In this document: one piece after another, positions 50,401-63,819 of the stretch
Numbering within the stretch: the stretch's first letter is position 1
How the letters are laid out: each line of letters opens with the position of its first letter
Assembly: GCF_963921235.1 (NCBI RefSeq)
Contig: NC_086108.1
Location: 91,638,001-91,702,000 of the forward strand
Reading direction: 5' to 3'
Origin: Mobula hypostoma
Lineage: Eukaryota
DNA length: 64,000 bases
The notes under the pieces: generated by a model
Told to the model about the DNA's origin: nothing
The model's input: the letters and a program-made list of their open reading frames with translations, nothing else
Database searches by the model: none
Position numbers and translations under genes: made by a program

Positions 50401-53400
50401 GTTTACGTAAGAAGTGCACATGTGCCTGCACGAGTACATTATACAGGCAAGTTGGATTTGTTGTATTGTGAACTGTTAAAGCTATGAGTACAGAGTCGGA
50501 GGAGTCAGCTAAATCCACTGACCTCTCTCATTAACAAGGCATATTTGCCCAAAGAACTGCCGCTCACTGGATGTTTTTTGTTTATTTTTCCACATCAGTC
50601 TCAGTAACTCTAGAGACAGTCGTGCAGGGAAATCCCAGGAGTTCAGCAGTTTCTGAGATACTCAAACCATCCCGTTTGGCACCAATGATCATTCCACAGT
50701 CAAAGTCACTTAGATCACATTTCTTCCCAATTCTGATGATTGACCTGAGCAACAACTGAACCTCTTGACCATGTCTGCATGCTTTTATGGATTGAATTAC
50801 TGCCACATGATTGGCTGACATTTGCATTAATGAGTAAGTGTACAGAATAAAGCAGCCACTAAGTGTATGTTTTTCATGAGTAAATCAGACCTCAGAGGAA
50901 AGCATGGATACACGAAGGAAAGAGTGTGATTGAGGGAAGAGTGCGATTGAAGGCAGGATAGTGGGAGATGGGGACACACTACTGTCCAACAGCTGTTATC
51001 ATGTAGTGTAATTTAACCCTTAGCAGCAGGCAGACTTCAAAGCAAATAGGGATTACAATGGGAAAAACAACCACCTAAATGGGCACATTCAGCTTTAGGA
51101 TTTTTCTGGAGCACATCAGACAGCAGGGTGGGCTGGTAATTTGAATACAGTATACATTAAAATTGGATTTAACTGCCATGTTTGAATTTAACCCAGGAAG
51201 TATGGGCTATCTGATAGCTTTGAAATTCTCCAGTGAATGACAGAATGCACTTGGCAGGGTCTGAGTAGCAGAGTGCAATCTGGCATCACATATTCTGAGG
51301 CTATGTAGTTCCTTTCCTGAGTAATAGTGAGAGGCTTTCTTCAAACCAGTTGTGTTGGTTATTTGCTTAACAAATTTGAGGAGAACTCTTGAGGGGATTA
51401 AAGTTAACATTACCATTCAGTACCCATAGGTTTGGGCCTGCAGTTAACAGTTCTCCACCAGAATGTGAATCTGTGGGTAGCTCCCATAACAATACAATGA
51501 GAGTGAAAGGAAGACCAGGCTCGGTAACCATGTTACCAGAGGTCTGTTCTAGATGAAGAGAGAACCTCGTTCCTTTAATTAACTGCACAGTTAATTGGTG
51601 GTAGGTAAAGCAGGACGCTGAAAAATAATTGCAATGCTCAATCAATGGTAAGAGATTAGAGCTCACCATCTCTAATGGTGGTGTCAGAGGGAACCTTACC
51701 AGTATTTGAAAAAACAGTGCAAGAGGCCTAACCTGTAAAGCAATGGATCATGAGCTGGAAAATGGGATTAATGCAGACAATATTTGACCGCCGCAGATAT
51801 TATAAATCAGATGTCTTATCACTGATATATGCTGTGAAATTTGTCGTCTTGTGGCAGCAGTACAGGGCAAGACATAAAAAATTACCACGAAGCATTGAAA
51901 AATAAAATAAATAGTGCAAAAAAGGAACAGCGAGGTAGTGTTCATGGGCTGTTCAGAAATCCCATAGCAAAGGGGAAGAAGTTGTTGAGTGTGTGACTAA
52001 CGGCTCCTGTACCCCTTCCCTGATGGTTGTAGTGAGAACAGGGCATGTCCTGGATTGGTGAGTGTCGGTCATGATGGATGGCATCTCTATCAGGCACCTC
52101 CTTCTGAAAGTGGGAAGTTTTGTGCCTGTAATGGAGCTGACTGAGTCTGCAGCCCTCTACGGCCTTTTCCGGTCCTGTGCACTAGAACTCCATACCAGGC
52201 CACGGTGCAACCAGTCAGCGTGCTCTCCACATCCAGCTCATTGGGTTCCTCCCATGCTCTTAGCTTCACAGAAGCAGCAGAATCAACAACAACCTGTGAC
52301 TGACCCACTTGCGGTTGTCTGAGAGAGGGGGGGGGTCTTATAGCAGTGAACAGGGGAACCTATAAGGGTAAAATAAACAGGCTTGAAATGTTGGAACCAT
52401 GATGGGTACGTGAAAATATAATGCAAGTTTCAGATGCTTTCTTTCCGGAGTTTGTTTGCACATCAGCTTTGCCACCTCTGAGACCAGCTAGAATGAGAGG
52501 GCAGTTGTATTTGCTGTTCTGTCTGGTGAAGGTGTGATAACCTGAACTCATAAACATTACAGCAGTGCAGACCAGTCCCAGCCATTCAAAAATAGTGGTT
52601 AGCTGACAGCTCTGTAATTTCCTGCTTTCTATTTGTCTATCTTTTTGAATAAAGGAGTCACATTTGCTGTCTTGTAATCCACCTTTCTTGAACTTATCAC
52701 ATTTTGGAAAATTAAAATCAATGCATCAACTATCTCACCTTCCATCTCTTTTAAGGCCTCATAAACCTGCAATTCGCTCATTACAATTTCCTTTGTGATT
52801 TTAGTTCAGCAAGTTCCTCTCTCTTTTCCATTTCTTGACTTACAGGCACTGTTAGGGTCTTGCACCAAGACACTGTTGAACTGAGAGATTTCACCTAATG
52901 AGTTCAGATCAGAATTTGGTTTATTAACTCTGTCTTATATGATGTGAATTTGGTTGTTTTGCAGAAACAGCAGTAGATTAAAAAGTCATACGATTACTAC
53001 AAAATGCAAAATAAATAAAGAGTGCAGTAAAATGGACCAATGAGGAGGTATTCATAGGTTCATGGACTGTTCAGAAACCTGATGGCAGTAGGGACAAAGC
53101 ATTTTCTGAATCATTGTATCTTGGAGAATGGATGAAGGATCTCCTGTTGAATGAAGCCATTTCAGAAGGCAGAGAGAAGGATTTAGAGTTCGATACATGA
53201 ATGTACCTTTCCTGACTGATATTGTGAAGCTGCTAGATTATTGTATCCTGGAAACAGAAATTACACCCTTTCTGCAGATTGCTGTCTGGTTGTATTTTGC
53301 AAATACTTGCCTACTGTCAACAGGAAAGATGATCTTGCTGCATTCCCTTCAACACTGCCCAACATGATATCCAAGGAGTAAGTAAACCCAAGGTATCTTT

Positions 53401-53858
53401 AGTGTATTCACATTTCAACCCATTCTCCATTAACTGGGGCAGACAACATAGAACAGCACAGCACAGCACTGTACAGTCCATTCTGCCCACAATGTCATGT
53501 CGATGCTTTATCCCACTTGAAGGTCAATCTAACCCTTCCCTTCCACATAACCCTCCATATTTCTTTCATCCATGTGCCTATCTAAGAGTCTATCAAATGT
53601 CCCTAATGTTTCTGACTCTACCGCCAAACCTGGCAGCACGTTTCACACATCTACAGTACGTCTCTTTGTTTAAAAGACCAACAGTACCTCTGACATTCCT
53701 CTACAATTTCCTCCAAACACCTTAATGTCCCCTTAGATGCTCTTTTGAAATTAATGCAATCTTATCATCATTAAGTGCCGGTTTCCCAGTTCATCAGAGA
53801 GCTCAAAGTAAGTACGTTAATAAATCACTCATGTTAATTCTGCTCCATTTAGCCCACT

Positions 53859-54236
53859 TTTGGGTAGATGGAGCTCGTCAGCCTGGGAAGGCAGTCCATC
53901 TAAGAGAGGGAAAGCTCTAATTTCAAACCTCCGCTGCCTTGTGGCCATACCCACTCATGGGAAAGGCTTCGGGAGTAAACCCTGAGGAGAAATCCGGAGC
54001 TGGAGTCCCTAAGGCAGTCCGACGTTGCCTTCAACCTCGTTCTGGCAACTCCTGCGACCACACTGGTGCCAAGCTGTATCGGCCCTTGCCCTTCCTTTGG
54101 ACAACATTGATGCTGTGGAGAGGGGAGACTTGCTGCATGGGCAACTGCCGGTCTTCCATACAACCTTGTCCAGGCCTGTGCCCTGGAACTTTCCAGGCGC
54201 AGATCCATGGTCTCGCGAGACTAACAGATGCCACCA
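53859..54236 (+). mobile_element. 5'-truncated non-autonomous element with RTE 3' tail
   Basis: 12-bp TSD ATTTAGCCCACT at 53847-53858 and 54237-54248. 54188-54232 matches the RTE 3' end at 13892-13936. Confidence 0.82.
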
Positions 54237-54990
54237 ATTTAGCCCACTACAATAGAATTCAGGTCCAGCACTGGCAAGACCCCATGTCTCAAGTGCCATG
54301 GCAAATTAAAGTCTAAACCTATCTACCTGTGTGGATAAGGAGAAAAAAAAAAGGTCAGGCAGCATCTTGATGTTGGAGGTTGAGAATCTTAATCTGGACT
54401 GAAAGATAGACGAGTAATACCCAGTATAAAATAGTGAGGGGAAGGGGCAGAGCAAGAGCTGGCAAGTAATAGGAAGATCCAGGTGAGGAAGGGTGGTTGC
54501 TAAGCAAATGATAGGTTGTTGACTGATAATTATATGCCATTCTTTACTGTACAGAAAAGGGGTAATATACCTGAAATTCCAGGGAAAATAACACAGCACA
54601 GAATGGAAAACATAGAATAAAGAAAAGTATAGTGAAGGAACAAGCTCTATAGCTCATGAGATTTTGTGCTAACAATGATGTGCTGTACATGGTCAATAAA
54701 TATTCTTGTCCATAATCAATTTAAATGCATCTTAAACATTGCAGTGATATCCTCTTTTGCCACCTCTGCTGACAGAGCATTTCAGGCACCCGTCACTTTT
54801 CTGTGTAAAAAAATTTGCAACAAACATCGGCTTTTAACTTTCACCTCTCTCATCTATGCCTACAGGTGTTTGACATTTCAATCTTGAGAAAATGATTCTA
54901 ATCATCCACTCTATCTATGAATCTTATTATTTCATAACACTTCTATCCAGTTCTCCCTCAACTTCCGATGCTCCAGAGTAAACAATCCCA

Positions 54991-55310
54991 TGTTTAAAAA
55001 AAAACAATGGCTTTTGGGACTGCCTGGTAAAGAAAGCTATTAAAATAAAACTAGAGGAAAAGAATTTTAACAAAGATGAAGGTCTCATTCTAAAAAAAGA
55101 ACTGGAAATCAATTGTAAACAAGGTGGGACAGTGAAATCCTGACTGGATGATGACTAATCAATCAGGAGGGATGGTTTACAGGGGTATAAATACCGCCAG
55201 ACTAGACATGACCAGGATCATCCCTGAACAAGATGGCAGAGCTTGCTATAGAAACGTTGGTTACAGTTAATACCTGTACCTGGCTGGAAGCCACAGAAGA
55301 GTTTATTCGT
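54991..55310 (+). mobile_element. Penelope-like element 3' end (Poseidon-like), with degenerate hammerhead
   Basis: FWDCLVKKAIKIKLEEKNFNKDEGLIL resembles the GIY-YIG C-terminal EAIEI...N.NRD.G motif. ctgaacaa...gaaacgtt at about 55224-55258. AATCCCA duplicated at 54984-54990 and 55311-55317. Confidence 0.75.
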
Positions 55311-55376
55311 AATCCCAAATTTGTCCAACTTTCCCAATAGCTCTCTAATCCAGTTAACATCCTGGTGAACCTTTTC

Positions 55377-55797
55377 TGTCACAATGTGTGCTCGCAATAT
55401 TAGAACCCAGGTGCAGAGAAAAGACAGACTCTGATATGGTGATAGTGAGGAGGGTTTATTCATAATAATTCCAAAAAATAATCTATGGCTCAGTGGAGCG
55501 ACACTGTGAGAAGTAACTTTCTCAAAACTGTGACCCTGTGATTAGCAGTAATCAGGCATCTGCTTAAATAATACAAGTAACACGGAAACCCCAAAGCCTA
55601 TCAAAATAAACTTAACAAGCTCAAACAGAAAGCACCAGGAGACCGCATTACAAAGAGCGAGTCACTTGAGAAAACCACAAGGAACTCTCAATGATTCACG
55701 ACTCGCATTAAACAACAATGAAAGAATTCACGTGCTCTAAAAACCTTAGAGCCCAATGCAAGCTGGTGGCCCACATGGGCCTGAAGAGTTTATTACA
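55377..55797 (-). mobile_element. Probable solo LTR
   Basis: TGTCAC...TTACA termini, interrupts a CR1 fragment, flanks ttttc/ctttc (imperfect TSD). Confidence 0.5.
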
Positions 55798-57872
55798 CTT
55801 TCCACGTCCTTGCTATAATGTGGCCATCAGAACTGCACACAATCATCCAAATGTGGCCTAACGGAAGTTCCAAACAGCTGCAAAATAACTTCCATACTTT
55901 CATACATAATGCCACAAACAATGAATTCAAGCATGTCATGCACCTTCTTCGACACCCAGTCCAGCTGGTGTTGCCAGTTTCAGGGAGCTATGGACTTGCA
56001 TCCAAAGATCCCTGTGTGTATCAGTGATCCAGGGTCCTGCCCTTTACCATATACTTACCTCCTACCTTTGACCACCCAAAGTGCCACCCACACTTCAGAA
56101 TTAGACCCAGAATCTAAATCAGAATCAGGATTATTATCACTGCTTTGAAATGGCAACATAGTGCCAAGAAATAAAAATCTATAAATCACAATAATAAATA
56201 AAATGTGCTAAAGAAGAAATAAGGTAGGGTTCATGAGTGCAGCGACCATTCATAAATCTGCTAGCAGAGGGGAAGAAGCTGTTGTAAGTCACAAAGTCTT
56301 CAGGCTCCTATACTTCCTCCCTGATAGGAGCAATGAGAAGACTGCCTGTCTGGGATGGTGATGGATGACAACTAGAAGCATCGTTTCTTGAGGATGTCCT
56401 CGATGCTGGGAGGATTGTGCTCGTAATGGAGCAGGTTGAGTCTATAACCCTGTGTAGGATATAGAACAGTACAGCACAGGAACAGGCCCTTCATCCCACA
56501 ATAGTGTGCCGAACCAATTAAATCAATAATCAAAATGACTTCCTAAAGTAATCTCTTCTGCCTACACAATGTTCGTATCCTTCCATTTCCCTCATACTAT
56601 GTGCCTCTCTAAATATCTCTTAAAGGTCCCTAATGTTTCTGCCTCTACTGCCACCCCAGGGAATACATCCCAGGCACTCACCACTCTGTGTAAAAAAAAA
56701 ACTTGCCCTTCATATTTCCTTTGCAATTACTCCAAGTCACTCTGTAGTCCCTTTCAATCCTGTGCATTGTAGCTTCCACACCAGGCCGTGATTCACCCAA
56801 TTAAAATGCTCCCCACAATTCACCTACAGAAATTTGTAAGTCTTTGGCAGCATACTAAATCTCCTCAAACAGCTAATTAAGTAGAGCCAGTCATGTGTCT
56901 TCTTCATGATTGCATCAATGTGTTGGGACTAAACTCCATCTACTCTTTCTCTGCCAAAGTTTTCAACTGACCTATATCCCTGCTTTACCCTTTGTCAACC
57001 TACCTCACTATCCACAACTCCTACAATTTTTATGTTATCTGCAAAAATAGTAATCAGACCACCTACGATTTTCTCCAGATCAGTTATATATAATTTTATT
57101 TATTTATAAATTACCTGGATGTCTGTAACCAATGGTGTCCCACAGAAATCACATTACTCAAATGTTCTATGACAAGCCAATTTTGAATTCAGTCCACCAA
57201 GTCCTAATGAATCCCATTTGGCTTCTGGATCAGCCTACCATGAGGAACATGGTCAAAATCTTTACTGGAGTTTATGTAGCCAACATCCAAATGCCCTGCT
57301 CTTATCATCATCTTCATAACTTTAAAGAACTCAGTCATGCTCATAACACATGATCTTCCCTGCAATAAAACCATGTTGACTATCACTAATAAATCCGTGC
57401 TTTTCTAAATGTGAGTAAATCCTATCACTAAGAATTTTTAATCCCTGAGATTTTTTAAATTTAATTACAAATGAAAGTCAGGAATTCATTGAAGTTAGTG
57501 TAAGCAAGAAAAGGGGTCAGAAAAGATGACCACCAAGTACTGTTAAATTCTCAGTACCTCTTAGATACCACCTAGGGTCTTCAATACAGTGAGTGTGAAA
57601 ATCGTAGATATTCAATTCAGGGATCCTTCCACACTGGACAATTGCAAATGTAACTTTACACTTCAATCAAGCTGTTCCAGAAATACAAAGAAATGGTGGG
57701 GAAGTTGTTGAATCTGTTATTAAGAACAGCATGGCTGTGGTTTTTATGAAATCTAAAATAATTAGGGAATGCAAACATGGCTTTGCAAACAGCACATCAA
57801 GTCTGAAAAATCTAATTTCAATGTTTGAGGAAATCAGTTGAAGTATTTAGCCATTGAATGCAGTTTATCGGG

Positions 57873-58289
57873 TGTAGGAGTATGCATTGGTTTTCCATCT
57901 GTATTGTACTCTGCGTTGCGTATTTATTTTGTTTATCATTGTAATTAGTCACATGGACTGGGGCGTGGTAGAAGTGAAGAGTTTATTTATGTGCTCATGC
58001 TTTTTCTAGTCATTCTGGTTCATTTAGAACTAGTGAGTAGGTCAGGGTAATATCTTTTTGTTGACTGTTTAATTTTGTGTAATCGTTTGCATTTAACTAT
58101 GCTTAATTTCATTAGTTTCAGTTCTGTTAGTTTTATCACTTCAAGATTGTAGTCACTACTAAAGGATGGAACACATTTCTTTGAACATTATTATTACTGG
58201 ATTCTATGGAAGATATTTCAACCAGGATTAACCCCCCCTCCCCATGCCTAGTCTCTAAGTGGCGTTGGTTTGTTCGAGTAGATGATACG
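57873..58289. mobile_element. Possible old solo LTR
   Basis: Interrupts a CR1-like RT motif (cagtttatcggg|atttacaaaaagctttc). Starts TGTA; flanks tcggg/taggg. Confidence 0.35.
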
Positions 58290-59710
58290 TAGGGATTTAC
58301 AAAAAGCTTTCAATCAGGCATCACATAAGAGATAGTGGGCTGCTATTTAAACACATGATACTGAGGGCAAATTATATATCTAATTAGGAACTAAACTAGG
58401 AGATTAGTTGAGGGATGGAAAACATAGAGTAAGGACAGTACAGATCTAACACGATGATGAGTCATTGCTCTAAGTTTGGAAACGACATTGATTGGTGGAA
58501 GAGTTAGTACAGACATACCGTGAAATTACTAAAAGATATCTGCAGCTTGGGTGACAGGTAGATTTTAACAAATTCTAAATTCATTCATTTGGGAGAATAA
58601 AAAGATAATCTGGGTGTCAGAAATCTAAAGTCAGTTCAAAAATTTAGTTGTCAGTACAAATGATTTTAAAAAACACAATAAATATAATGTTAGCACTTAT
58701 AATAAGAAGGCTAGATTAAAAATGGGCAAGTATTTTGGAGCAGCTATACAAAACCTTAGCAGTACTAAATCTGCATTATTGTGATTCAGTACTGGAACAC
58801 GTCACCACAAATTCAGGGTTTCAAATAATACGACATGAGAGGAAATTATGTAAGGTAGTGTTACATTCTGTTGCAGGGTCATTTGACTCTGTCTTTCGGG
58901 ATCTTGAAAGGAATTCCCTCTTGCATCACATTCCCATTTCATCCAGCCATATTAACAAGCCAGAAACAAGAATCCTTGGCTTGGTATGGCGGCCAAAAGT
59001 TAGGAGAGTATTGAATCATTAAACTGAATTTAAATTCCTCATCTGCCATGGTGGACCTTGAACTAATGTCCCAGGATTGTTAACAATGAAATGTTTGTTA
59101 ATCAGCGGTTCACACATTGAACTCATGAGTGAACGAATTTTTATACATTCAGGTATTTCCAATGTTGCACATCAGTTTTTCACATAATTTTGCAAATGCA
59201 TAGCACAAAATGCCTGTACTGATGCAAGAGGGTAAAACAAAATTTCTATGGCTTGCTTAATATTTCCATTTACTTGGTTCAATGAAGTAAAGAATACCTG
59301 TATCTTAAACAAAATTAAAAATGCTCTGAGTACTTCTCCATCAGTTAGTTGTCTGCTAGCTTAGATTAGCTTTATTTGTTACATGTACATCAAAACATCC
59401 AGTGAAAAGCGTCAATGGTCAACACATTCCAAGGATTGTTTTGGGGCAGCCCACAGTCATGTGTCCAGTGTCAACATAACAAACCCGCAACTCAATAACC
59501 CTAAGCTAAACGTCTTTGGAATGTGGAAGGGTATCAGAGCACTCGGAGGAAACCCACGCAGCCACAGGGAAACATACAAACTCTTTAGAGACAGCAGCAT
59601 GAATTGACTCCCCAGTTGTGACAGTAAGGCATTACTCTTACTGCTACACCACTTGCCACTCTACTAGGAGAGCATCCAGGGCAGGTCCAGCAGGAATATT
59701 GACACATGCT

Positions 59711-59744
59711 TGTGTGTGTGTGTATATATATATATAATATATAT
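59711..59744. repeat. (TG)n(TA)n microsatellite
   Basis: tgtgtgtgtgtgtatatatatatataatatatat. Confidence 0.85.
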
Positions 59745-61134
59745 GCAAAGGGTTTTAGTTCTCCTCCAAAAGTATTCAGACTTCAGCAACTATGTTCAAA
59801 GTTTCATTTTATTTTCAAAATGTGCAAGTACAAAACAACTCTGACATTTTTTTTCTCCAGATAGTCATGGGAGACAGTACAAAAAGACCATGGGAATTGA
59901 TGAAAGAAAACACATCAGCTCCCCTGGCATGAAGAAGAAAAGGAACAAAACTTGCAGACGCCAAAATCCCTTACCCCCTTCTGCAGCAGCAAAAACACAA
60001 TGGCAATAGCATTAAAATCCTCACCACTCTCCCACAGAAGAGAACAGCGACGATAACAATACTTGACTTCTTTACTTGCAGGAAAAAAAGCAGTGACAAT
60101 AGCAATCACTGACCCTCTCCCTCACAGAAAAGAACAGCGACAGTAACAATCCCCGATCCCCTCCTCTCATACACAAAAAATTAACAGTTCACCCACCCGC
60201 CAATTGGTCACAGGAAAGAAGACACCAGAAAACTGAAGGAAACCAATATAGAGTAGAGCTCAACAACTGCATACTGCGAATCTCAGAATAATCGGAAACA
60301 TTTACCCTAGCTTCCCACTGGATGAACCTTTGTTCTACCACCTGACTTAGTAGCAAGGGATTCCAAAAACGGAGGAAGTGCATACAAAATGGGTGAATTC
60401 AAAATTGGTGCAGTCTAACATTTACCCAGCATTTCTGAAGCTTTCTAACAGTAAATTGGCCTCCTTTACTATGTTTGCAGACTTTCTGCAACTTTACAGT
60501 CTGTCCTATGTTCTGTTGAATGTAATTTTTGTTATTCGACATAAGACACAGACATAGGAGCAGAATTAGGCCCTATGGCCCATCAAATCTGCTGCACCAT
60601 TCCATCATGGCTGATTTATTATCCCTCTCAACGATATTCTTTTTGTTTTACTGGTAAATCTAATTCAACAAAGGCAATTGTCATGAACAGAAAGTAGTGA
60701 TCTGCCTGAGAAAACCTCACACTGTTAGGTTACAATATTGTCAGTGAGCAGGATATGCCTTGCTCTTAGTTCCTTCAATTTCACAAATGGACTTGCGTAC
60801 TTCCTCTAGAAGAACATGACTACGGCCATGTTAAAGATACCATATTGAACATACTCAGAATTTTCACCTATTCCTAACATCTTTTTTTGAATTATGCTGC
60901 CTGAAACCAACCTACTACACACATCTTTGATTCCATAAACCTCAACCAAATTACCTGCTTCGATCTCCTCAAAAGATACGGATAAAACAAATATGGATTT
61001 TGTCCCCTATCTTTTGGACATGAAATATGAAAGGGAGAAATTTGTACAATGATGACTAACTAATACCTCTTTTAATCAATTTTATTCTGTGATAACTTCC
61101 CAGTAGTCAAACATTTTAATTCTGATTCCTATTT

Positions 61135-61655
61135 CTATTCCGACATGTTGATCCATGGCCTCTGCTTGCGCCAAGACGAGGTCACGCTCAGGGTGGAAGA
61201 GCAACACCTTATATTCCATCTGAGTAGCCTCCACCCTGGTGGCATGAATATTGATTTCTTCTTCTGGTAAAAAAAAAATTGCTCCCTTTCCCCTCTTCTT
61301 CGATTCCTCTCTCTGGGCATTTACCTCGCTTCACCTGCCTTTCACTTCCCCCTGGGTCCCCTCCTCCTTCCCTTTCTCCTGAGGTCCACTTTCCTCTCTT
61401 ATCAGGCTCCTTCTTCTCCAGCCATTTCACTTACCCACCCACCTGGCTCCAGCTATCACCTTCTGACTAGCCTCCATCCCATCCCCCACCTTTTTGTTCT
61501 GGCATCTTCCCCTTTCCATTTCATTCCTGAAGAAGGGACTCAACCCAATACGTCGACTGCTTGTTCACTTCCATAGGTGCTGCCTGACCTGCTGAGTTCT
61601 TCCAGCATTTTGTGTGTGTTACTTTGGATTTCCAGCATCTACAGAATCTCTTTAT
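61135..61655 (+). mobile_element. Penelope-like (Neptune-type) 3' end with pLTR
   Basis: Translates to IHGLCLRQDEVTLRVEEQHLIFHLSSLHPGGMNIDF (GIY-YIG C-terminus). Pyrimidine-rich spacer, then a decayed hammerhead cctgaagaagggactcaacccaatacgtcgact. Confidence 0.78.
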
Positions 61656-61774
61656 ATTCTTGTGATTATTAGTTACCAATTCACAACACCCTGTGGAAGT
61701 ATCTGATTTAACAATTCTCATACAATGTAGTTTGCCAGGAACTTAGTCCTGCAGTTTTACAACTTTTATTCACA

Positions 61775-62965
61775 TAGAAACATAGATAACCTACAGCACA
61801 ATACAGGCCCTTCAGCCCACAAAGTTGTGCTGAACATGTCCCTACCTTAGAAATTACTAGGCTTACCCATAGCCCTCTATTTTTCTAAGCTCCATGTACC
61901 TATCTAAAAGTCTCTTAAAAGACCCTATCGTATCCACCTCCACCACCATTGCCGGCAGCCCATTCCACGCACTCACCACTCTCTGAGTAAAAAACTAACC
62001 CCTGACATCTCCTCTGTACCTGCCCCCCAGCACCTTAAACCTGTGTCCTCTTGTGGCAGCCATTTCAGCCCTGGGAAAAAGCCTCTGACTATCCATGCCA
62101 TCAATTCCTCTCATCATCTTATATACCTCTGTCAGGTCACCTATCATCCTCTATCGCTCCAAGGAGAAAAGGCCGAGTTCACTCAACCTGTTTTCATAAG
62201 GCATGCTCCCCAAAGCAGGCAACATCCTTGTAAATCTCCTCTGCACCCTTTCTATGGCTTCCACATCCTTCCTGTAGTGAGATGACCAGAACTGAGCACA
62301 GTACTCCAAGTGGTGTCTGACCAGGGTCTCATATAGCTGCAACATTACCTCTCGGCTCCGAAATTCAATTCCATGATTAATGAAGGCCAATACACCGTGT
62401 GCCTTCTTAACCACAGTGTCAACCTGCGCAGCTGCTTTGAGTGTCGTATGGACTCGGACCCCAAGATCCCTCTGATCCTCCATACTGCCAAGAGTCTTAC
62501 CATTAATACAATATTCTGCCATCATATTTGACCTACCAAAATGAACCACCTCACACTTATCTGTGTTGAACTCCATCTGCCACTTCTCAGCCCAGCTTTA
62601 CATCCTATCAATGTCCCGCTGTAACCTCTGACAGCCTCCACACTATCCACAACACCTCCAACCTTTGTGTCATCAGCAAAGTTACTAACCCATCCCTCCA
62701 CTTCCTCATTCAGGTTATTTATAAAAATCATGAAGAGTAGGGGTCCCAGAACAGATCCCTGAGGCACACCACTGGTGACCGACCTCCATGCAGACTATGA
62801 CCCGTCTACAACCACTCCTTGACCTTCTGTGGGCAAGCCAGTTCTGGATCCACAAAGCAATGTCCCCTTGGATCCCATGTCTCCTTACTTTCTCAATAAG
62901 CCGTGCATGGGGTACATTATCAAATGCCTTGCTGAAATCCATATACACTACATCTACTGCTCTTT
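61775..62965 (-). mobile_element. Relatively young CR1 RT/3' end
   Basis: [40 protein letters not shown]; (CTATGTTT)n tail. Confidence 0.9.
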
Positions 62966-63315
62966 TCAAATTCACATTTAAATATGAACTTAAATGTTCA
63001 TCACATGGATTCTGCTCTTTCATATGTGGATTCAGCAATTTGTGTACTTTATAAATGCCAATAGATTTTGAAAGAGGATCATGTTCCTAAAGCATTTTCT
63101 CATGAAGGGGCATGACAATGAACAATATCAATGTATGATCCATTTCAAGCACAATTCAACCATTGGTTAGTCTTTCTCTGTCACATGCACTGTTTATTCA
63201 CGTTATGTGACACAAATTCTGCAAAAGTTATCACTTCACTCTTCATCTAACAACCTCAATTCCCCCCTCCCCAAACTATTTTCAATGGGGAGAAAGATAG
63301 CATAGCTAGGGCTAG

Positions 63316-63819
63316 CACGAGGAAATCTGCAGATGCTGGAGTTTCAAGCAACACACATAAAAGTTGCTGGTGAACTCAGCAGGCCAGGCAGCATCTCTAG
63401 GAAGAGGTACAGTCGACGTTTCGGGCCGAGACCCTTCGTCAGGACTAACTGAAAGAAGAGAGAGTAAGAGATTTGAAAGTGGGAGGGGGAGGGGGAGGGT
63501 GAGATCCGAAATGATAGGAGAAGACGGGAGGGGGAGGGATGGAGCCGAGAGCTGGACAGGTGATAGGCAAACGGGATATGAGAGGATCATGGGACAGGAG
63601 GCCCAGGGAGAAAGAAAAGGGGGAGGGGGGAAGGCCAGAGAATGGGCAAGGAGTATAGTGAGAGGGACATAGGGAAAAAAGGAGAGAGAGAAAAAGAAAG
63701 TATGTATAAAAATAAATAGATAATGGATGGGGTACGGGGGGAGGTGGGGCATTAGTGGAAGTTTGAGAAGACAATGTTCATGCCATCAGGTTGGAGGCTA
63801 CTGGGTAACTTTTATATGT
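63316..63819 (-). mobile_element. Penelope-like 3' end with pLTR
   Basis: SLQPDGMNIVFSNFH* coding tail. TSD ATAGCTAG(G/A)GCTAG at 63302-63315 and 63820-63833. Confidence 0.85.
63411..63446 (-). ncRNA. Minimal type I hammerhead ribozyme motif
   Basis: Minus strand reads AGTC-CTGACGA-A-GGGTCTCGGCCC-GAAA-C-GTC-GACT: stem I AGUC/GACU, CUGANGA core, stem II, GAAA, GUC cleavage triplet. Confidence 0.8.

Noticed and set aside
60027..60150. ~34-bp direct repeat ctctccc(tc)acagaa.agaacagcgac..taacaat, two copies
   Set aside because: Internal duplication in an old non-autonomous repeat; only two copies and no further structure.
61525..61560. Functional hammerhead in the 61-kb PLE
   Set aside because: The GAAA core is mutated to AATA, so it is predicted inactive.
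63312..63774. Pro/Leu/Ser-rich and Gly/Arg-rich ORFs; G-quadruplex-like tract
   Set aside because: Low-complexity purine/pyrimidine spacer of the Penelope pLTR, not coding.
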